Below are positions 59,974 through 64,000 of a stretch of DNA of 64,000 nucleotides, one piece after another; position 1 is the first letter of the stretch, and every line of letters starts with the position of its first letter. The notes beneath the pieces are model-generated. The model made no database searches. It saw only the letters and a list, made by a program, of their open reading frames with translations, and was not told the DNA's origin. Origin of the DNA: Minisyncoccota bacterium. GTDB taxonomy: Bacteria; Patescibacteriota; Minisyncoccia; Phycocordibacterales; CSBR16-119. Location of the stretch: assembly GCA_041389065.1 (NCBI GenBank), contig JAWKSM010000001.1:9461-73460 (forward strand), written 5' to 3'. The position numbers and the translations under genes were made by a program.

Positions 59974-60747
59974 TTAGACAAGTTTTAATATTTCCATCCA
60001 ATCTGAGATTTTCAACTTTTCAGCTCTTATATTTTCATCCAAATTTAAAGATTTTAAAGCGTTTTCAGTCTTTTCTTTAGAAAACCCATTTTGAGACAAG
60101 TTTTTCAAAAGAGTCTTTCTTTTCTGAGAAAAACCAGATTTTACCAATTTAAAGAATTTTTCTTTATCTTTTTTAGATAAATCATTTTTTATATTATCGA
60201 TAAGTAAAATAGCTGAGTCTACTTTAGGCTCTGGAGAAAAATATCTAGCTGGTATTTTACTTATAAATTTTGGTTCACCAAAAACTCTAACACTCATCGA
60301 AAGAATACTTTCTTTTTCGTCACGAGCAACAATCCTCTCGGCAACCTCCTTTTGGATTATTACCGCCATGTTTTGTGGCTTATGAGAAGAATCTAAAAAT
60401 TTTTCTAAGATCGCTCCAGTTATATAAAAAGGAATGTTTGCAACAACCTTGTAAACTTTTGGTAAATTTGAAAGGTCAAAAGTTAAAACATCGTCAGTCA
60501 GCAAAACAAGTTTTTTTGATTTTATTTCTTGACTAAACTTTTCTTCCAAGATTGGAATCAAATCTTTGTCTTTTTCGATAGCAATAACTTTTCCAGCCGA
60601 CTCCAATATTTTTTCTGTCAGCGCGCCCTTCCCTGGACCAATCTCAACAACAACATCTTTTTCAGATATTTTTGCAGCCGAAACAATATCTTTCAAAGCT
60701 TTGTTAGATTTTAAGAAATTTTGCCCTAAGTGTTTTTTAGCTTTCAT
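59974..60747 (-). CDS. rsmA: 16S rRNA (adenine1518/1519-N6) dimethyltransferase
   Basis: 257 aa; KKHLGQNFL, VVEIGPGKGALT, ANIPFYIT motifs. Confidence 0.93.
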   Translation of the reverse strand: MKAKKHLGQNFLKSNKALKDIVSAAKISEKDVVVEIGPGKGALTEKILESAGKVIAIEKDKDLIPILEEKFSQEIKSKKLVLLTDDVLTFDLSNLPKVYKVVANIPFYITGAILEKFLDSSHKPQNMAVIIQKEVAERIVARDEKESILSMSVRVFGEPKFISKIPARYFSPEPKVDSAILLIDNIKNDLSKKDKEKFFKLVKSGFSQKRKTLLKNLSQNGFSKEKTENALKSLNLDENIRAEKLKISDWMEILKLV

Positions 60748-60752
60748 GTAAC

Positions 60753-62681
60753 TTAAATATACACAATATTGTTTCCAAATCCACTACTGTCGCGTTCTTC
60801 TCGATGAACAAATTCTTCTGGAATATCTTCCAAAAATTCTGACGGAAAACGAACTTCAGTATTTCCAAAAACCATTCGAATTGTCGCATAGCTCAAGAAA
60901 AGTTTTTTCTTTGACCTTGTAACGGCAACATAGAAAAGTCTTCTCTCTTCTTCTTCGTTATAATCTTTATTCATTGATTTTTTCCCGTGCGGAAACAGGT
61001 CGTCTTCCAATCCAACGATAAAAACATGATCGAACTCAAGACCTTTTGAAGCGTGAACCGTCATAAGCTTTACACCATTTTTGGGCTTTTTCTTTACTGT
61101 TTCGCTAAGTGAATCTTGATCAGAAGCCAAAGCCGCCTCTTCGAGCAAAAGCTCTATCCCTTCTGTTTCTTTAAGTTCGTCGTATTTTGTGGCAAAAGTC
61201 ACAAGTTCTTTTACGTTTTCAAGTCTTTCCAAATCTTCTTCAAGTCCAGAATTTAACAAAGAATCTTGTATGCCAGATTCTTTAATCGCAAAAGCAACAG
61301 ATTCCGAAGGCTTGTGTGTTTCAATATAATTTTTTATTTTTTCAAGCGATTCATAAAAACTTTTTATTTTTAACTTTGTTTTTATCGGAAGTGAAGACTC
61401 TTGCCCACTAAAAAATTTATCGAGTGTAGTTTTTCCCAGACCTCTTTTTGGTTCGTTGATTATTCTCTTTACATCAGAAAGTGAATCTGGATTTAAACTC
61501 GCCCTGATATACGAAAGAACATCTTTAATTTCTTTTCGATCAAAAAACCGAACACCCAAAACTTGGTATGGGATTGAATATTTAAGCATGTATTCTTCAA
61601 AAAGTCGTGACTGAAAATTCGCCCGATAAAGCACGGCGATATTATTTGGATCAATTCCTTTGTCCAACATTTCTGTTATTTTATCCGCAACAAATTCAGC
61701 TTCGTATTTATCATTGTAAGCTTCAAAAACAGAAATGAGCTCACCATCTTCGTTTTCTGTAAACAAATTTTTATCTTTTCGTTGTTTGTTTTTTTTAATA
61801 ATGTTATTTGCAACTTCAATAATATTTTTTGTTGAACGATAATTTTGTTCGAGTAAAACAACTTCAGCACCAGGATAATCTTCTTCAAAATTTAAAATAT
61901 TTGTGATATCAGCCCCACGCCAACTGTAAATATTTTGATCTGAATCACCAACCACGCAAATATTTTTATACTTTTTTGCGAGAAGTTTTGTCAAAAGATA
62001 TTGAACGGTGTTTGTGTCCTGATATTCGTCAACGTGAATATATTTCCAAAGTTCTTGATACTTTTCCAAAATATCTTTATTTTCTTCAAACAAACGAACA
62101 GTTTTTAAAATCAAATCATCAAAATCCAGACCTTTTTCTTTAGTCTTTTTTTCTTCGTATTTTTGCCAAACACGAGCGATAACTTGAGCTCCGTACGAAG
62201 CTGCATTTTTACCAAACTCTTCCAAGCTTGTGTAATTATTTTTTTGATTTGAAATAACGCTTTTGAACATTCTGACCGGACTTTGCTTTGGATCAATATT
62301 TAAGTCTTTTAAAACTTCTCGGAAAATTGAATTTGTATCTGCGTCGTCCAAAATTACAAAGTGGCGATTTAAGCCAATTCTTTCTGCATTGTCGCGCAAA
62401 ATTTTTACCGAAAGAGAGTGAAAAGTTGCGATCATCGGTTTCGACAAAAGTCCGCGAGGAATCATTTCAGAAACTCTTGTAGACATTTCTTTTGCAGCTT
62501 TATTTGTAAAAGTAACAGCTAAAATATTTTCTGGTGAGACACCTTTTTGAATAAGGTGAATAATTCTGTGTGTTACGGTTTTTGTTTTTCCAGCACCGGC
62601 CCCAGCAACAATCAAAAGTGGACCTTCGGTATGAAGAACAGCTTTTTTTTGACGTTCGTTTAGAGAATTTAAGTAATCCAT
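60753..62681 (-). CDS. UvrD/PcrA-family ATP-dependent DNA helicase
   Basis: Start taken at the ATG at 62681 (MDYLNSLNERQKKAV...). Walker A AGAGAGKTKT, DEYQDTN, and a VHASKGLEF motif VI-like block. Confidence 0.9.
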   Translation of the reverse strand: MDYLNSLNERQKKAVLHTEGPLLIVAGAGAGKTKTVTHRIIHLIQKGVSPENILAVTFTNKAAKEMSTRVSEMIPRGLLSKPMIATFHSLSVKILRDNAERIGLNRHFVILDDADTNSIFREVLKDLNIDPKQSPVRMFKSVISNQKNNYTSLEEFGKNAASYGAQVIARVWQKYEEKKTKEKGLDFDDLILKTVRLFEENKDILEKYQELWKYIHVDEYQDTNTVQYLLTKLLAKKYKNICVVGDSDQNIYSWRGADITNILNFEEDYPGAEVVLLEQNYRSTKNIIEVANNIIKKNKQRKDKNLFTENEDGELISVFEAYNDKYEAEFVADKITEMLDKGIDPNNIAVLYRANFQSRLFEEYMLKYSIPYQVLGVRFFDRKEIKDVLSYIRASLNPDSLSDVKRIINEPKRGLGKTTLDKFFSGQESSLPIKTKLKIKSFYESLEKIKNYIETHKPSESVAFAIKESGIQDSLLNSGLEEDLERLENVKELVTFATKYDELKETEGIELLLEEAALASDQDSLSETVKKKPKNGVKLMTVHASKGLEFDHVFIVGLEDDLFPHGKKSMNKDYNEEEERRLFYVAVTRSKKKLFLSYATIRMVFGNTEVRFPSEFLEDIPEEFVHREERDSSGFGNNIVYI

Positions 62682-62703
62682 GAAAGATACTATAGCATAA
62701 AAC

Positions 62704-62729
62704 AAAAATCTCCCGAGCGGGAGATTTTT
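62704..62729 (-). terminator. Intrinsic terminator
   Basis: AAAAATCTCCC-gctc-GGGAGATTTTT. The stem is identical to the one after fusA (22109-22134). Confidence 0.6.
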
Positions 62730-62735
62730 GTTTTA

Positions 62736-63965
62736 TTATTTTTGAGCTTTTTCGTAAACCAGCATTATCTTATATTCTCCTGTAGCGTCTACCCTAACCG
62801 CAATTTGATCAACAAGCTTACCTAATATTTTTTCATTTTGATTTTTAGCAACAAGCAACTCTTTTAATACCGTACTTTGATCCTTTCCTTGTTCATAGAA
62901 ACCAATATATCTTTCTCCAAAAGTTGAAACGTTTCCAGAAACTTTTGGTTTCCCATATAATTCAACAGCTTTTTTGAAAGCGGCGCTATCTCTGTCAATT
63001 AAATCATTTGAGGTTTTTACGATTTCCAAATCATCTATTTTTATAATGTTTGGATTCTTTGAAACACTTGGCGCCTCTTCAGTAGAAACAGTACTTGGAT
63101 TTATTCTCGGGTCTACTTGATTATCGGTACTGAAGTACGTTGTAGGTTTTCCGCCCATTCTTTCAATTATTGAAGGTTTGTATCCACTGTTGAAAGCTCC
63201 GTTTGTTTTCAAGCTAACATCTCGGCCTAATCTATAAACATCGTTTTTTAAGAAAGTTGCTTGATCGGCTGTTAAGTTGCCAGCTGGCGCATCCAAAACA
63301 TTTTTCTTTGCAAGAAACTCTTCGATAAGTTTTCCATTGTCTCTTAAAGTTTTTATTGCAAAAGAATCTGTTTTCGCAAGAAGTGTTGTTCCAGAAAGAT
63401 CTTTATTAAGAAAAGATGCTGGATTTCTTCTAAACTTCAAAACTTCATCGGAAATCATTTTTGAAGTATCGATTCCAACTATTTTTCCATCAGGAGAAGT
63501 TAAGAATTTATATTCACCGCGAACAGGCGAAACTCCAAACTCAGTCGGAACAGGTTTTTCATACCAAGATTTTGGTTCTTGTGTGGGGGGTTCAAGTCTT
63601 GTTCTTACATAACCTTCGTTTACTTGTGCTGGACCTCTATATGAAGAATTTTCTGCAAAAGAACTTGTTTCAAGACTTGGATTTTTTTCCGCTAAAGGAT
63701 TTGCTTCAACTTTAGCCGTGTTTCCTGAGTCAAAAAATCTTCTTTCTGACTCAACAGGAGAAACGCCTTCCACTCCTTTTGGAACATACATTTCATCTGT
63801 TCCGTTTAATCCCACAAATCTTACAACTCCCTTTGAATCAATAGAAAGACCTTCGCCCTTCATTATCGCGGCGCTTTCATTTACTTCACCTGGATTGTAA
63901 ACTCCCCACTCTTTTGCCAAAACGTGCGGATTTTTTGACATAAATTCTTGGTATTGTGCCGGCAT
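62736..63965 (-). CDS. Hypothetical protein (at least 409 aa; may extend past the right window edge)
   Basis: ORF from the track. The 11 in-frame codons upstream of the ATG at 63965 (up to 64000) contain no stop, so the true start may lie outside the window. Confidence 0.6.
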   Translation of the reverse strand: MPAQYQEFMSKNPHVLAKEWGVYNPGEVNESAAIMKGEGLSIDSKGVVRFVGLNGTDEMYVPKGVEGVSPVESERRFFDSGNTAKVEANPLAEKNPSLETSSFAENSSYRGPAQVNEGYVRTRLEPPTQEPKSWYEKPVPTEFGVSPVRGEYKFLTSPDGKIVGIDTSKMISDEVLKFRRNPASFLNKDLSGTTLLAKTDSFAIKTLRDNGKLIEEFLAKKNVLDAPAGNLTADQATFLKNDVYRLGRDVSLKTNGAFNSGYKPSIIERMGGKPTTYFSTDNQVDPRINPSTVSTEEAPSVSKNPNIIKIDDLEIVKTSNDLIDRDSAAFKKAVELYGKPKVSGNVSTFGERYIGFYEQGKDQSTVLKELLVAKNQNEKILGKLVDQIAVRVDATGEYKIMLVYEKAQK

Positions 63966-64000
63966 ATTTGCGCCAAATCGAAGTTTGAGTTTGTCTTGTA

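Noticed and set aside
1-64000. CRISPR arrays, rRNA genes, tRNA genes, and transposase, integrase or reverse-transcriptase genes.
   Set aside because: I could not find regularly spaced direct repeats, rRNA-like conserved blocks, a cloverleaf, or any ORF with recombinase or RT motifs (DDE, HUH, R..H..Y, YADD). Absence is based on visual reading only.

Overview
The window is a low-GC bacterial chromosome segment (about mid-30s % GC, judged by eye). Its backbone is the str-S10-spc ribosomal-protein supercluster on the minus strand: rpsL-rpsG-fusA-tuf-rpsJ-rplCDWB-rpsS-rplV-rpsC-rplP-rpmC-rpsQ-rplNXE-rpsN-rpsH-rplF-rplR-rpsE-rplO-secY-adk-map. It also carries housekeeping genes: pgk-tpiA, nusA, ppa, tig, clpP, rsmA and a UvrD/PcrA-like helicase. 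Two giant secreted glycine-rich or repeat proteins are present, as is a tightly packed 13-gene minus-strand T4SS-like operon. That operon encodes VirB4, a PrgI/VirB3-like protein, a VirB6/TrbL-like protein, a T4SS_pilin-motif protein and a PG-binding protein. A VirD4/TraD-like ATPase lies about 45 kb away from it. Three traits fit a CPR/Patescibacteria-type organism, which is an inference: no L30 gene between rpsE and rplO, a trigger factor without a PPIase domain, and the pilin motif.

The unusual part is that this normally contiguous operon is interrupted at four places: secY/adk, rplE/rpsN, rplB/rpsS and fusA/tuf. The tig/clpP pair and the region upstream of rpsL are interrupted as well. 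The interrupting DNA is compositionally foreign and each segment has its own sigma70-like promoter and hairpin terminator. Five of these junctions carry copies of a structured element of about 200-300 nt that I do not recognise. It is a long hairpin with compensatory stem changes and an invariant internal loop, AACTC / TCAAACAG. One copy is broken exactly after TCAAACAG by a 5'-truncated asd gene.

A roughly 5 kb GC-richer island upstream of rpsL encodes three secreted proteins with Bacteroidota-style T9SS C-terminal sorting domains. All calls come from reading the sequence and the supplied ORF track. No searches were run, GC values are by-eye estimates, and a chimeric assembly cannot be excluded from the sequence alone.
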